A stretch of DNA of 64,000 nt, taken from contig OX597832.1 in the NCBI GenBank assembly GCA_951406725.2, positions 36,394,001 through 36,458,000 of the forward strand, in the 5' to 3' direction. The position numbers and the translations under genes were made by a program. Positions 12,257-24,660 of this stretch are shown here, piece by piece (position 1 is the first letter of the stretch; each line of letters begins with the position of its first letter). Origin of the DNA: Octopus vulgaris. Its lineage: Eukaryota. The notes beneath the pieces were generated by a model that had not been told where the DNA came from, searched no databases, and was given only the letters and a program-made list of their open reading frames with translations.

Positions 12257-12612
12257 TCATGTTGCAGCTGTTGCTGTTGAGCGAAGCGGTCTTCGTGGGA
12301 GAAGTCCGAAACGTGGTCCTTTGCTATTCGTAAGCAGGTCAACCCCCGACACCGAGAGCATTGACGGATGGATGAATGCGCATCCAGGCTCAGCGGTTGC
12401 GTAGGAAGTCAAGGACAAGAAACAGGAAGAAAGAGTGAGAAAAAGTTGGAGCGAAAGAGTACAACAGGGGTCGCAACCACTCCCTGCCAGAACCTCGAAG
12501 AGCTTTAGGTGTTTTCGCTCAATAAACACACACAACGCCCAGTCTGAGAATCGAAACCGCGATCCTCCGACCGCAAGTCCGCTGCCCTAACCATTGGGCC
12601 ATTGCGCCTCCA
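12257..12612 (-). mobile_element. young, CpG-rich tRNA-derived SINE
   Basis: Reverse strand begins gtggaggcgcaaTGGCCCAATGGttagggcagcggac...GGTTTCGATTCTC (A and B boxes) followed by a non-tRNA body. Confidence 0.8.
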
Positions 12613-13639
12613 CTCATGTTGCTGCTCATTAACAAGCAAGGGTCATACTCATAATGTGCAGACTTCCATCATGTGTATCTGTGATTGCACACACACACAC
12701 ACACACACATGCCTAAGTGACAGTTTGGAAAAGTTAGGGTTTTCAGAAAAAAGAAACCAACAAGCTAACATACACGTTACAAATACATTCTGTATGCAAA
12801 ATTTTTCTCAAGTTCAATGCGTGGATTTAATTTTGTTCTCTACTTTCCAACTATGGAGTTTTATATCTTTGTTCAAAAACCACTTCCTTCCTTGCAGGAA
12901 GACTTGAAATAATTAAACACACACACACATATATGAATTGAATTCTGTCTCATGACTCTAGTTTCATGTCACTGTGCTCTAATTATATCTATATATACTA
13001 TATGTATTGGACTAACTATCCAGACATTGAATTCTCAAAGTATCATGTGTTACATATACAATCATAAGTGGAGAAAGTGATGTCATACATATCTGATTCA
13101 TAGTAATATGGTATTGCTTGTTATTCGTAAAACAAATCGAACACAAGAGAGAGAGGGGGAAAAAAACAGAACAGCGAAAACTGTCATAACATGTCTCAGA
13201 GAAGGAATGTATATGAATTAACACATTAAAGGGCTCCACATCGTTAAAGGACTAAATATTGAATCCCTTTTTCTCAACACACTCTTCGACATACACAAGA
13301 GTGTAATTCTCTTAAACCATTAAACCTATCTCTATTCCATAATTTTTAATAATCTATTTCTTTCATTCGTTGTAAAGTTCAGATCAGTTTCGGAAGACAC
13401 AAAACATTCCACCTATGACCATCACACCTTTTTGTATATCTAGGAGTACATTATCTCACGTGCCTTTTCAAGACAGGGTTGGATGAAATTTGAGAGAGAC
13501 TTGACTGATGTTACTAGCATTGACGAGCGACCACCTAGCAGCAGCTCCATCGCAATCTATGCGCTGTCTGCTTCTTTTTCAATCGATCTCCTCTCTCTCT
13601 CTCTCTCTCTCTGTGTAGTCATCACTTTAGCTACTTTTG

Positions 13640-13838
13640 TCAGCGACAATATTTAAGTGTGAGAGAGGGAGAGACAGGAAAAGAGAGAGAGTGAGTGAGT
13701 GTGAGAGGGGAAGACAGGAAAAGAGAGAGAGTGAGTGTGAGAGAGAGAAAGGGAGAAATAAAGAGAGAGTAAGTATGAGAGGAAGACAGAAAAAGAGAGA
13801 GATGGAGAGAGAAAGAGAGAGTGAGTGTGAGAGAGAAG
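13640..13838. repeat. GA-rich microsatellite
   Basis: Directly visible. Confidence 0.9.
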
Positions 13839-13839
13839 G

Positions 13840-14260
13840 ACCACGTGATAACCGACATTATAGTTACTGCATGGCGCCATGTTTTGGCCTATTACTTGAG
13901 GCCGCTTCTATCAACAAAAACACGCACTACCCCCCCCTTCCTCACACAACACCACACTTTCGTTCTAATGCGGTCAATGCCATACTGCGACAAGACAATC
14001 ACATTGCACATACATACATTTATATATACACTCGTGTGTGGCTCTGTATATACATATATATAAAATATATGTATATATAATATATGTATATATATTATAT
14101 ATGTATATACTATATATATATATATATACACATACATATAGCGAGAGAGAGAGGAGTTGATTCACTCGAATACGCAACTTGGCCTCCTACGTCGCTAAAA
14201 ATTATAACGTTTTGACCGCATTTTCACTTTGCGTTGTCCACTTTATTGGAGAACATCGAT
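13840..14260. promoter_or_regulatory. putative promoter region upstream of dlg1
   Basis: E-box CACGTG at 13842-13847; palindrome CATGGCGCCATG at 13870-13881 containing the YY1 consensus CGCCATNTT; locally frequent CpG; about 1.9 kb upstream of the MPVRKQ ATG. Confidence 0.45.
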
Positions 14261-15804
14261 GTTTGTTAAATATTATAATTATTGTTATTGCTAATTAAAT
14301 ACTGTTCACAATTAAACTATAACTTTTAAAGGCGTAAATCTTAAGCACTCTATAACCAAACAATAATATTTTGTTAAATTTATTTTTCTTTCAAAGAAAG
14401 CAAAAAACATTTCATTAAAGAAAGCGAATATATTTTCTGGTATTGTGTCATTGTATACGGATCTATGTGTGTATAAATAGTTTAATGAAGGAAAATCAAG
14501 TGAAATATTGAATGAATGAAGAAGCGAGGCTTGGATTAATAAATGAATGGGCAGATGACTGAGAGACAGACGGGTAGACATAAATGTATCCGTTGTTATA
14601 CATACATTTGAATAAATAAATTGATAGGTATTTTAATACATAGGTATGTAGAGAAGTGGGTAGATTTATATAATCGTTGATAATAAGGTGAAAGAAGGTG
14701 AGAAAGGAACAAAAGTAAGCCAGTTTGTAAGTGGTGGGGGTCGTGTATCGGTATCTGCTCTTGACCGGATAACATATTTTATATTTTAATTTGTTTCAGT
14801 TTTGAACTGATCCTGTTCCCAACTTGTAAACGAAAAATATACAATAAATATAACAGTCTGTTAGTGTAATTTTTGTTCGTACGAACAACAACACAATAAT
14901 ATATATATTTATATATATATGTATATACACAACAGTTTATTAAATGTTCCTTGCAGTGATAGGTTATCCTTTTCCCACCTTTAATTCTTCTGTCCCCATA
15001 AACCAACATTTCACTTTTTCACATCTAATCACAATCTGTTACTTCACTCAAACTTTCTCCCATTCACTTCTCTTTCTCTTCGTCTTCCCTTTCATTATCT
15101 TGTTTCACTTTTTATCTTTCATATTCTTTCTCTCACTCCCTCTTACACACCGTGTGTGTGTATATGTATCACTATATATCTTCTTTCTATATCAATATAT
15201 CATTCCATGTATCTGTCTGTCTCTCTCTCTATATTCTGTGTAAATGCCTTTTGCTCTTTATTTCCCCTTTTTCTTCTTCTTCTTCTTCTTCTTTTAATTC
15301 CTTCCTCCCTCTCTAAGTTGTTGTTTCCCTCCCCCCTCTATTCCACTCCGTCTCCCTTCCTTCCTCTATCTCTCTCTCTCTTCCTCTGCCCGTTCCCTCT
15401 CTTTCCTGCTACTCCGCTGTCTTGGTGTCACCAAACCTACCTTCGACCCGCTTCAACGAGACTGCGACTACCGCCACCACCACCACCTCCTCCTCCACCA
15501 CCGTCACCACTGCAAGGATTACAAACCTCAAACCGGAGCTTCTGTACATATCACACACCACTCACACATACATATATATATATATATATACACAAAACAA
15601 TCTATAAATATATATATATATATACACATCTATATGTATATATACTCACCCCTTAACATATAGATATTTCGCTGATCGTTGGCAAAAATATATAAAGAAA
15701 GAAAGGGAAAAACAAACCTTTGACCGCCGCCACCACCTCTGCTAGTATTACTAATTAAGGGAAGCAGTTAGTGTGGACGGATCTATCTATAATTGAGGAA
15801 CAAC

Positions 15805-15823
15805 ATGCCCGTACGCAAGCAAG
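15805..15823 (+). CDS. dlg1: first coding exon of Discs large 1 (L27/SAP97-type isoform), MPVRKQ(D/E)
   Basis: caacATG CCC GTA CGC AAG CAA G|gtcagt; in-frame upstream TAA at 15790; matches human DLG1 MPVRKQD and fly DlgS97 MPVKKQE, and as I recall the short phase-1 first exon. Only 6 codons, and no downstream exon found in the window. Confidence 0.75.
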
Positions 15824-15927
15824 GTCAGTATTCCTGGACATTTCAGCCAATTCATTAACTACGTTCGTATTATCCCTTCTCCTCCCCAGGTCTTCTTCTC
15901 AACAACAGTTTTACTACAGCCAAAGGG

Positions 15928-15967
<40 letters not shown>

Positions 15968-17179
15968 ATACCCTTTCACCTTTTGCTGGTTAAAGGTCTC
16001 TTTTATTGAAAGAAAAAAAAAATAATTAAATTTCATGTAATTTACTTCCACAAAACATTTTCCTTTTCAACTCTTATTTACCCAGTTTTTTTTCTCTATA
16101 CATTTCCATATTAATTACTATTATTATTATTAATAATATACAATATTTATATATCGATGTGTGGACACATTTTTGTTTATGAACTGCATTCGCACATTTA
16201 TAGATTATACACACATTCGTTTATACACACCTCTATTTGTTTATTACGATTCAACATGCATTATCCAATATAACCCCTCATACACATTTGTTTATTCTGT
16301 TTGGCAAACACAAACATACATACATATATATATATATATAAAACTTAGGTTTATTTAAATGTTTACAATAATACCCACAACTTGTAAATTCACATATCAC
16401 CTATCTATATAGTCTTCTATACGTATTTTGAGCTACACACAGCAGACACTTTCGCATTTTTATATGCACACACATGCTTTTATATATATATATATAATAT
16501 ATATATATATATTTGCATACATCGACACTTAAATATACGCTTACTTTGCTTAGATATTCATTTTGCTTTCAGATTTACATATGTGTTCGTTTTCTGCATA
16601 AAAACACACAAATATACATTTTCAGAACATGCATGTATAATGTACACATTTTACACACACATACGTGCATGGTTGCCTTGTTATCTTAAATACGTATATA
16701 TATATATAATATAATATATATATATATATAGACACATCGTTGTGCCACACCTTCTCTGGACGTCACACCCCCATGACCCCCTCCCCCCGAATCGACCCCT
16801 TTTTCACTTTATTAAGACCACGGTCCCCCCCCCCCTTTTGCCACTCTACATACCGATACGTGATGAATGCATGTCGTGTGTATATTCGTTGTGCATTCGT
16901 GTTGTGTACATTTAGGAATCTGTCATCAGATGTACACGTATGCGTGTCTATATACATGTATATAAGTATATATCGACTCCTTACTTTGAGCTATTTGATT
17001 TAGAGCATCATTTCTAGGATACCTTGTGGTGTTTGTTCTGTCCCCTATTTTCTGAGTTCGTCTGCGACAGCACCCATGCGAAGCTGTGTTGGTTCTTTCC
17101 TTTCCTTCTTGGACAACATCTGTGATGTAGAAAAGAAAAACTTTCTGCAGAGGCAACAGCTGGTTTTTCCTAAAAATCC

Positions 17180-17271
17180 TGGAGGAGGTCAAAGAATACG
17201 CACACCACCCGTTTTCGACCTAACCCTAACCGCCGAAAACGGGTGGTGTGCGTATTTCTTTACCTTCGCCA
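17180..17271. mobile_element. 92-bp MITE-like hairpin element with a telomeric-repeat loop and 6-bp TSD
   Basis: TGG...CCA termini; perfect 23-bp inverted arms 17195-17217/17234-17256; loop ACCTAACCCTAACCGC; AAATCC direct repeat at 17174-17179 and 17272-17277. Confidence 0.75.
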
Positions 17272-19657
17272 AAATCCTTTTTTTTTTTTGCCAAGTGATG
17301 AAACATTTCTAATCCTGATTACCGGATATATCCATCCTTCTATCTGTCTCTCTCTCTCTCACTACTCATTCACTCCAGTTCAGCTGGGTACTTCATAGAC
17401 TTCCGTTTCCCGGGTGTGTTCTGTGAGGCATAGCGAAACTCATTGAATAAAAATGTGTCACACTCGTCACCCTTGTCCCCGAATCTTTGGACAGTGTAAA
17501 TCGACAAATGCTATTTAAAAGGATTCATTGTTGATTTGAAACAAAGACCTGCTTGTAGAGAAAATATGGATTATAGTGTTTAAACCTACTTCAATGAAAT
17601 CTAAGTGTATCTTCATAGAAAAAAGTATATAGCTTCATTTTAAGATTTTTTATTGATTACGGAGCCAAGAAGGGTTAAGTCCATGCTAGTCTGACTTGAA
17701 CCAAAATCTAGTGATGTGCCGAAGTAGCCTGACATCTGTAGAAGGAAATGGGAACTTGTGATATTTATGCTTTTGCCAGTAGCTTACATGGAAGTCAGAT
17801 GCAAGTAAAAATCTAATAGCTACAGCTGTGAATCGAATGCAAATTGTTGGCTTCCCTGCAACACTTCGTTGTGTATCACGAAAGAGAAAAAAGCCTCAAC
17901 ACACAACACACAACCTACAAAACAGAGAGACACAGTCGGGTATAGCCAACATGCACGCACATGCAGCGTACTTTACACTGGCACTCATTTTGTAGTTTTA
18001 ATCCTGTGCAGGTTCACATGCAGCAAGAATGCCTCACAGACACGCATTCATATATAACCACACATATAGATATATAGGTGCAAACCGACTGTCGCATAGA
18101 CAGTATACCTTAGTTTAAATCTACAGAGTGGAATCCGAGGGAAGTAGTGATGCTTGGCATCGGTACAAATACAAATAATTCCAACAGGGATTTATTTCTC
18201 GACACCAGTTGACAGTTTTCTCTCTTCAACGAATGGCTTTTCCCTTGAAACATTAAATTTCTCTCTTCTTCCTCACGACATAAAACTTACTCGACAGTTC
18301 GAATTATTTGTATTATTACCTGACATCGAGTTTGTGTAATCTCTTCCTCAAACGAAGTAGACAGTGTTTGAGAAAGATTAAAGATACTGGTCCGTTTGGC
18401 CTGATCTCCTTTGCCTTTTTCATAGTAGTTATGTGGCAAAAGGAGGGCGCCAGGCAGTGGAGCTATGCACTGGTCACTCTCTTTCTCTCCCTCTCTGTCT
18501 CCTGCTTTAGGGTCGCATTCTACCTTTATTGCTCACTGCTTCTATCACTTAGACGATCACACATACTTCAGTAGCAACAATAGTGACACAGTAGTAAGTA
18601 GCCTGTTCTCCTCCTCCTCCCTTCTCTTCTTTCATCTCCCTCTCTCTCTCTCTACCACATCCAACTCAGTCATGTGGAGATATCGTAGAAACCTTTGAAC
18701 CACTTCTCTTTCTCCTCTCCCTCTCTCTCTCTCTCATACAATCACGTACTCTCACTTTACCTCGCTCCCTTTCATGTACTTGTATATACACACGCTCTCT
18801 CTCCTTCTAATATGCAGTTGCACACATACTTCTCATTATACACACACACACATACACTTTGCCTTGCTCTCTAACCTCTCGTTACACACACAAAACATAC
18901 TTTCATAGACATACATTCTCTCTTTTTCCCACTTCTCCATCTCTCCTCGCATTCCTCCTCCACTCAAACAGGTTCGCCAATCCACACACAAATACTCTCC
19001 TTTTTCTTACATTCTCTCCTTCACTATTCCTCCTCTCACATTCTCCTTTTCTCTCTCTCTCTGCTTTCTCAATTTTCCGCACTGTCATGGTTTGAATGGA
19101 TTTACAAATTTTTACAATTGTAAGAGAATCGTTGAGCAAATTGTGCTCCACTTGGGATTTCCTCTCATTACCAACCACTGAAGTGTAAAGCAAATCTCAT
19201 AGCTTGGAGGCACACCACAATAGATGCAGCAAGCTTTGAACTCCTAACCTTCTAAGTGTATTTATTATTTTTTCTTTGACCTCAGAGACAAGTTGAAGAA
19301 AGGAAGGATGCTACCAATCTCAAACCGGATTCTTGTCTTGAATGTTTGCAAAAAAAAAAAGAAAAAAATTGAATCCCAGGTGTTCAAATGCCAAGATGTA
19401 ACGGATAGAGGCCTCTTATATGTGTTGATATTTCACTTAAACTAATTCAGTATCATTAATATTGCAATACACGTCTATGTGATATTTAACATTTATTTCT
19501 TAGGCTTCAGACGTTTAAATTTACCGAGAAGATTTGATTGTAACGCTTTCCTCAAGGGCATTACTGACAAAACATGCCTTAACAATATGCATACACACAC
19601 TGTAATTTCTTATAGCTTTCTACACACACACACACAGTTATTTTAAATACAAAACAG

Positions 19658-19698
19658 ATCTGACGTTGAAGTTTCGCCTGTAACGACTCATCAGATAT
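19658..19698 (-). ncRNA. minimal type I hammerhead ribozyme motif (Penelope-type)
   Basis: ATAT-CTGATGA-GTC gttaca GGC-GAAA-C ttcaac G-TC-AGAT; all core positions present, stems I and III weak. Confidence 0.5.
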
Positions 19699-20536
19699 TT
19701 TGAACGATACTTGGAGCTCATTTACTTCGTATTTCTGTCTAATAAAATATTTTGGATCTACTTATAAAAAAGAAAGTTAACTTTGTGTGTGTGTATATAT
19801 ATATGTGTGCGTGTGTACAAATCGGCGTTTTAGTGTCCTCATATCCATCCTTGTGCATGGGTCAAAGATTCGTTGAGGCAGATTTTTTACTCCCAGCCGC
19901 CAAGCCTCACCTGTTTCCAAGTGAATGGATATTTCTCCTAGCCCTTTGAACTTGTTTTCGCGGAAGATTGTAAATGAACGATACCACTGGTATGACGGTG
20001 TCATTTGTTTACGATTGATGTGTAATATCAAGACAAGAGGACGCCCAGCATGTCCATATACACTTAGGTATTGAGCAGCAAACACACATCACACAGAACA
20101 AGTAAGTTTAGGTGATGTTGACGGTGTTTTGTGTTTTTCTCAATGGCCAGGTTAACTCTTTCAGGATGCAACTGATTTAGTTTCCGCATATGATCTCTGA
20201 TCAAAATACTTGCAATACAAACACATCTCTGTTGTATATTAACAGGCTTCGTTTAGTTTCTGTTTACAAAATATACTCACAATGTTCTAAGTTGGCACAG
20301 GGTGCCATGTGGTGGGACTGAACCCAAAGTTATGTGGTCATAAAGTGGCCTGTGCCCTTATACACACAGATATACATTCATGTCATCATTTTAGCATCCA
20401 GACTTTTTTGTTTGTGTGACTGCGACAAAATTTGTTGAGACAGATTTTCTCCATCCAGGTGCCAACTCTTACCTGTTTCCAAGTAGAGTAAGATTTCCTG
20501 TAGTCCTAAACACACTCAGGTGCACGCTGCAGGCAG

Positions 20537-20581
<45 letters not shown>

Positions 20582-21179
20582 ATCATCATTTAACATCCAT
20601 TTTCCATGCTGGCATGGGTTGAACAGTTTGACCAGAGCTAGCAAGAAGGAGAGCTGCACCAGGTTCCAGTCTGATTTGGTTTGGCATCTACAGTTGGATA
20701 CTCTTCCCAATGCCGGGTGCTTTCAACCTGGCAAACACACACACATAAGGTGGGAGGGGGACTGATAAAATATTCAACTGGAGCCAGCAAGCCAAAAGAC
20801 TGCATCAAGCGCCAGTGCCTGCTTCGTATGGTTTCTACAGCCTGGATACCTTTTCTAATGGCAACCATTTTATAGAGTGTACTGGGTGCCTTTTATGTGG
20901 CACTGGTAGTAACTCGCAAGACACTACCCCTCACCCGAGGCAGTGGGATGTAGTAGTGAGGGAGGCAGTTTTAAGGGGAGATACATGGTTACCCCTGTTG
21001 AAAAAGAAAGAGGATGGCAGTGAAGATGTGAGGCTGAACCATCAAGATGCAGGAATGTGAGTATAAGAGAAGTGGTATGGATGGATAAGTAAGTTTGTGG
21101 GATTGTGGAAGACTATATATATATATATTTAAAATATGGTAACCTCATGAAGGGATGGTTGCATATATGTATATATATA

Positions 21180-21562
21180 TAATACAAAATGGGACAAGAA
21201 TGCAAAACATCCGGACAGTTAGGTGATACAAAAATGGGACAACAAAACATCCAGATATATGATATAAAGAAAACAAGGATGGGTCATTTGAAGTTTTCTT
21301 TCCTCAGTCAATTTCTTCACAATTTCGGCTGATTATTCTTGAGATTGCTCCAGTCTGGCCAACCCCAAGGAAAAACTAAGCTAAGAGCATTAGATTCCTT
21401 GGAAGAAAGTAGCGAATGTTTACAAAAACAAGGATGGAAAAAACGGACAATGTTACACAAATACAATAAAAATAATAGCAGGACATAACAATAGGTGTCT
21501 TTCGACTAAGAACGAATTGAATTAAGCTGGTGTGTGTGGAAATGACGCCTTACGGCAGGGAT
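21180..21562. repeat. unclassified element embedded in a TA microsatellite
   Basis: Sharp TA-run boundaries; internal direct repeat atacaaaatgggacaa...caaaacatcc x2. Confidence 0.45.
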
Positions 21563-23437
21563 ATATATATATGTATATATATGTAGGTGTGGCTTTTCAG
21601 CCACGTGCTTTCCAGTTCAATCCCACTGTGTGGTACCTTGGGCAAGTGTTTTCTACTATAGCTTTGGGCTGACCAAAGCTTTGTGAGTGGATTTGGTAGA
21701 CAGAAATTGAAAGAAGCCTGTCATATATATATATGTTTGTGTGTTTTTGTCAGTGTTTACATCCCTGGAACTTAGGTGGTCTATACCAAAATTCAAAATC
21801 ACGATATGGCTATGTCTGCTCGGGACTTGCTCCCCTTTGTCAGTCATTAAGTATAGTGCTTTAGTGGCTTTGGGGTTAATTTAACTCTTATTTTAGCAGA
21901 AGCAGGGCTACTCAGCACCCTCCGTCACTTTTGTGACCTCTATTAATTTGGCCTTTAGGTTCTAATTACTAATAAGCTACCCTTTTAATTTGTTGTATAT
22001 TAAAATATATTTAGTTTTTAATTCAATAATACTTGTTGGGAAGGCTGTGTTTTGCAATCTTCGAAGTAGGGTTCTGTCTTTTCTCGATATGAAACACTAA
22101 CATGTCCAGTGTTTTAAAAATCAGAACTGATTTTTGCTGACATAAACTGTGGCTACTTCTTTCGTGTTTTGTAAACTTATTCAGCAACTGCTATCACAGC
22201 TTACACCTATGTTAACTCTATATTTTCTCTTTCTTCCAATTACTGCCTGGTCCCCATTTATAGAAGATTTGGCTTGTTAAGATTTCAGGAAGGCTGCTGG
22301 AATTTGGGCAAGGGACAACAAAATCCCTACGAAGTTATGTATATGGAGTTGATTATCCCTAAATCCCAGATGAAGAAAGCAATTTGTCTAATGTTAAAGT
22401 ATCATAAAAAAATTTTTAAATCTGATCTACTTTATTACATCTGATGATAAAATCTTCATTGTAACCTCATCAACAGGTCTAGCCATTGTGCTTATTTGCA
22501 AGGAGTGGGGACTCTCGATAAAGATATACCCCAGTCCATGGAAAAATGGTTGCAAAGCAACGTTAGTTGATTGGTCCATTTTTCTGTTACCATAAATGAG
22601 ATGACATTATTTAGATATTCTTTTGCAACTGAAGCCCCCTCCTTGTTGATAATCCTTAAACTGTTTTTCACATAAAGGTGTTTTGTTCTGTATGTCTGTC
22701 AAAGCCCAGCGCATATGGACGATCTCATGATAGAGAATATGGAATCATCACCAGTGAGGTTTAGAGTAGCACAAATGTAAACAAACACACAGACATACAC
22801 ACAGGATTGGCTTTGTATGGTCTTCATCTACCAAACTCACTCGCATGATATTGGTTGGCTTGTGGCTATAGGTGAAGACCCTGAGAGTACTGTTCAGTGG
22901 AATTGAACCTGAAACCATGAGGTTGTGAAGCAAATTTCTTAGCCACACAGCCATGCCTGAACTATGTGTGTGTCTGTGTGTATACACACACATTATGTTT
23001 ATGTATGTTGTTTAGACGTCTATTTTCCATGCTGCTATGGGTTGGAATGGATTGTATAAAACAGCATTTCTCCATGTATGTTAAGTCTGTGTTAAGACAT
23101 CAGTGAGGACCAACCTTTTGATCTAATTCAGCCCCTCAAGTTCTTTTCTGACCCACCTCTACCATGTCATAGCATCCTGCACTTCATATACGTCATTCAT
23201 TTACACTACATAGTTAGGCCAATACAACCATTGACCAAGACTTCTCTTCTTCGGCTGATTTCTTAACATACTCATTTATTCATCTCCCTCCTTCTATGAG
23301 TGCATAACTATCTGACCCTCTCTAACACTTCATCCCAACCTCTCTCTCTTATAGTCATCATCTTAGCCCTTTCACCATTTTGAGGTATATATTTTAGGAA
23401 CCTTGTCAGACCTCCTCACTGGCTATTTTGTTATTAA

Positions 23438-23637
23438 CCCTTTAGCAGCCCAGATATTCTACCTGTTTTGTGTTCAAACCAGCTAGGTCTGGTTTCTCAA
23501 ACTTCTCTGCAATATCACTCAAAAAATATACAAACACACCATTGCAATCTCAAAGGTATGAGATATTGCATGATCGATTCAAAACAATGTGAATAAATAA
23601 GAATTCCATTTGACAAAGAAATCTGGATGCTAAAGGT
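23438..23637. mobile_element. piggyBac-type MITE (family 1)
   Basis: TTAA|CCCTTTAGCA ... TGCTAAAGGT|TTAA; other copies at ~42660-42873, 59700-59910 and 63775-63935. Confidence 0.75.
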
Positions 23638-24199
23638 TTAACTTCCTTTAGTCACACTCCAGGACAATCAGCTGTAGAAATCGAGCTAAAAAATGAAATT
23701 TACATCCAAGTCCAAAAAAAGGTAGAGTTCACCTATCCAACCCACACCAGAATGAAAATCATATATACATACATAGCATTGCTGTACTGAAGAAAACTGT
23801 CTACCACAGCAAAATTGAGATCTTAAAAGCAAGCTACCATGTAAGAAGCATTAGTATGGGTGCTGGTGTTATGCAAGAAGCACTCAGTGCATCTGTAAAG
23901 TGGTTGGTGTTAGGAAGGGCATCCAACTGTTGAAACCATGCCAAACACAGACCATGGAACCTAGTGTGTCCCCTGGCCTTGCCAGTTCCTGTCAAACGAC
24001 CCAACATGGAAAATGGGCATTAAATGTTGATTATAATGATACATACATATGTAAGTACGTATGAATGTATCTGGCTTATAACTTCAAGAGAATAAATACA
24101 TGTTCGTCCAACAAAGACAATATCGCACTTCCCACTGTTAATTCTCGATAGACTAATTAACACTTTGTTGAATTAATTAATGCTATGTGTAATCTTATT

Positions 24200-24660
24200 T
24201 CGTTTCATGAGGTGGAGAATATGCAATCCCTGGCAGTGATAAGGAAATTCCAAAGATTGGGTTGGTTGAAGAAAAAAGGTATTGGGTATTGAGGGTTCTA
24301 AGGGTTCCCAAGGGAGAAGCGGCACACAGTGAGTAGCAAGGAAGAGATTTAGTGTGGAAATAGTGTCAGTTGGTTAACTCTGAAGAACAGAACTGGTTGG
24401 AGGAGGTGGAGGAGTTTTAAGTAGAAAAAGCATTGTGAAGAGACACTGCATATTTATGTTAGGGGTCACAGTGTAAAAGACACCTTCCTAATGAATTTGA
24501 TGTAAAATAGTGTATGTTTGTGTCTGCAACAGCATGGTCTAAGATGTGGGAATGATGTTCCATCATGGGTCTGACTTTGTTGAAAGTCAGCAGCTGTTCA
24601 GAGCTAATGTATTTTTCTGCTCTTGTTATGTCATTTATGTACTTCTTCTCTACAACCATA
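24200..24660 (-). mobile_element. decayed CR1/Jockey-group LINE, ORF2 C-terminal fragment
   Basis: SSEQLLTFNKVRPMMEHHSHIL resembles the LLxLYKxxVRPxMEYCSHIW motif. Confidence 0.55.

Noticed and set aside
12540-12612. tRNA gene
   Set aside because: tRNA-like head without an acceptor-stem 3' half, continuing into a SINE body; the same holds for the other SINE heads.
22478-22562. Exon-like frame SSHCAYLQGVGTLDKDIPQSMEKWLQSN
   Set aside because: Phase does not fit dlg1, no recognised homology, and only moderate splice sites.
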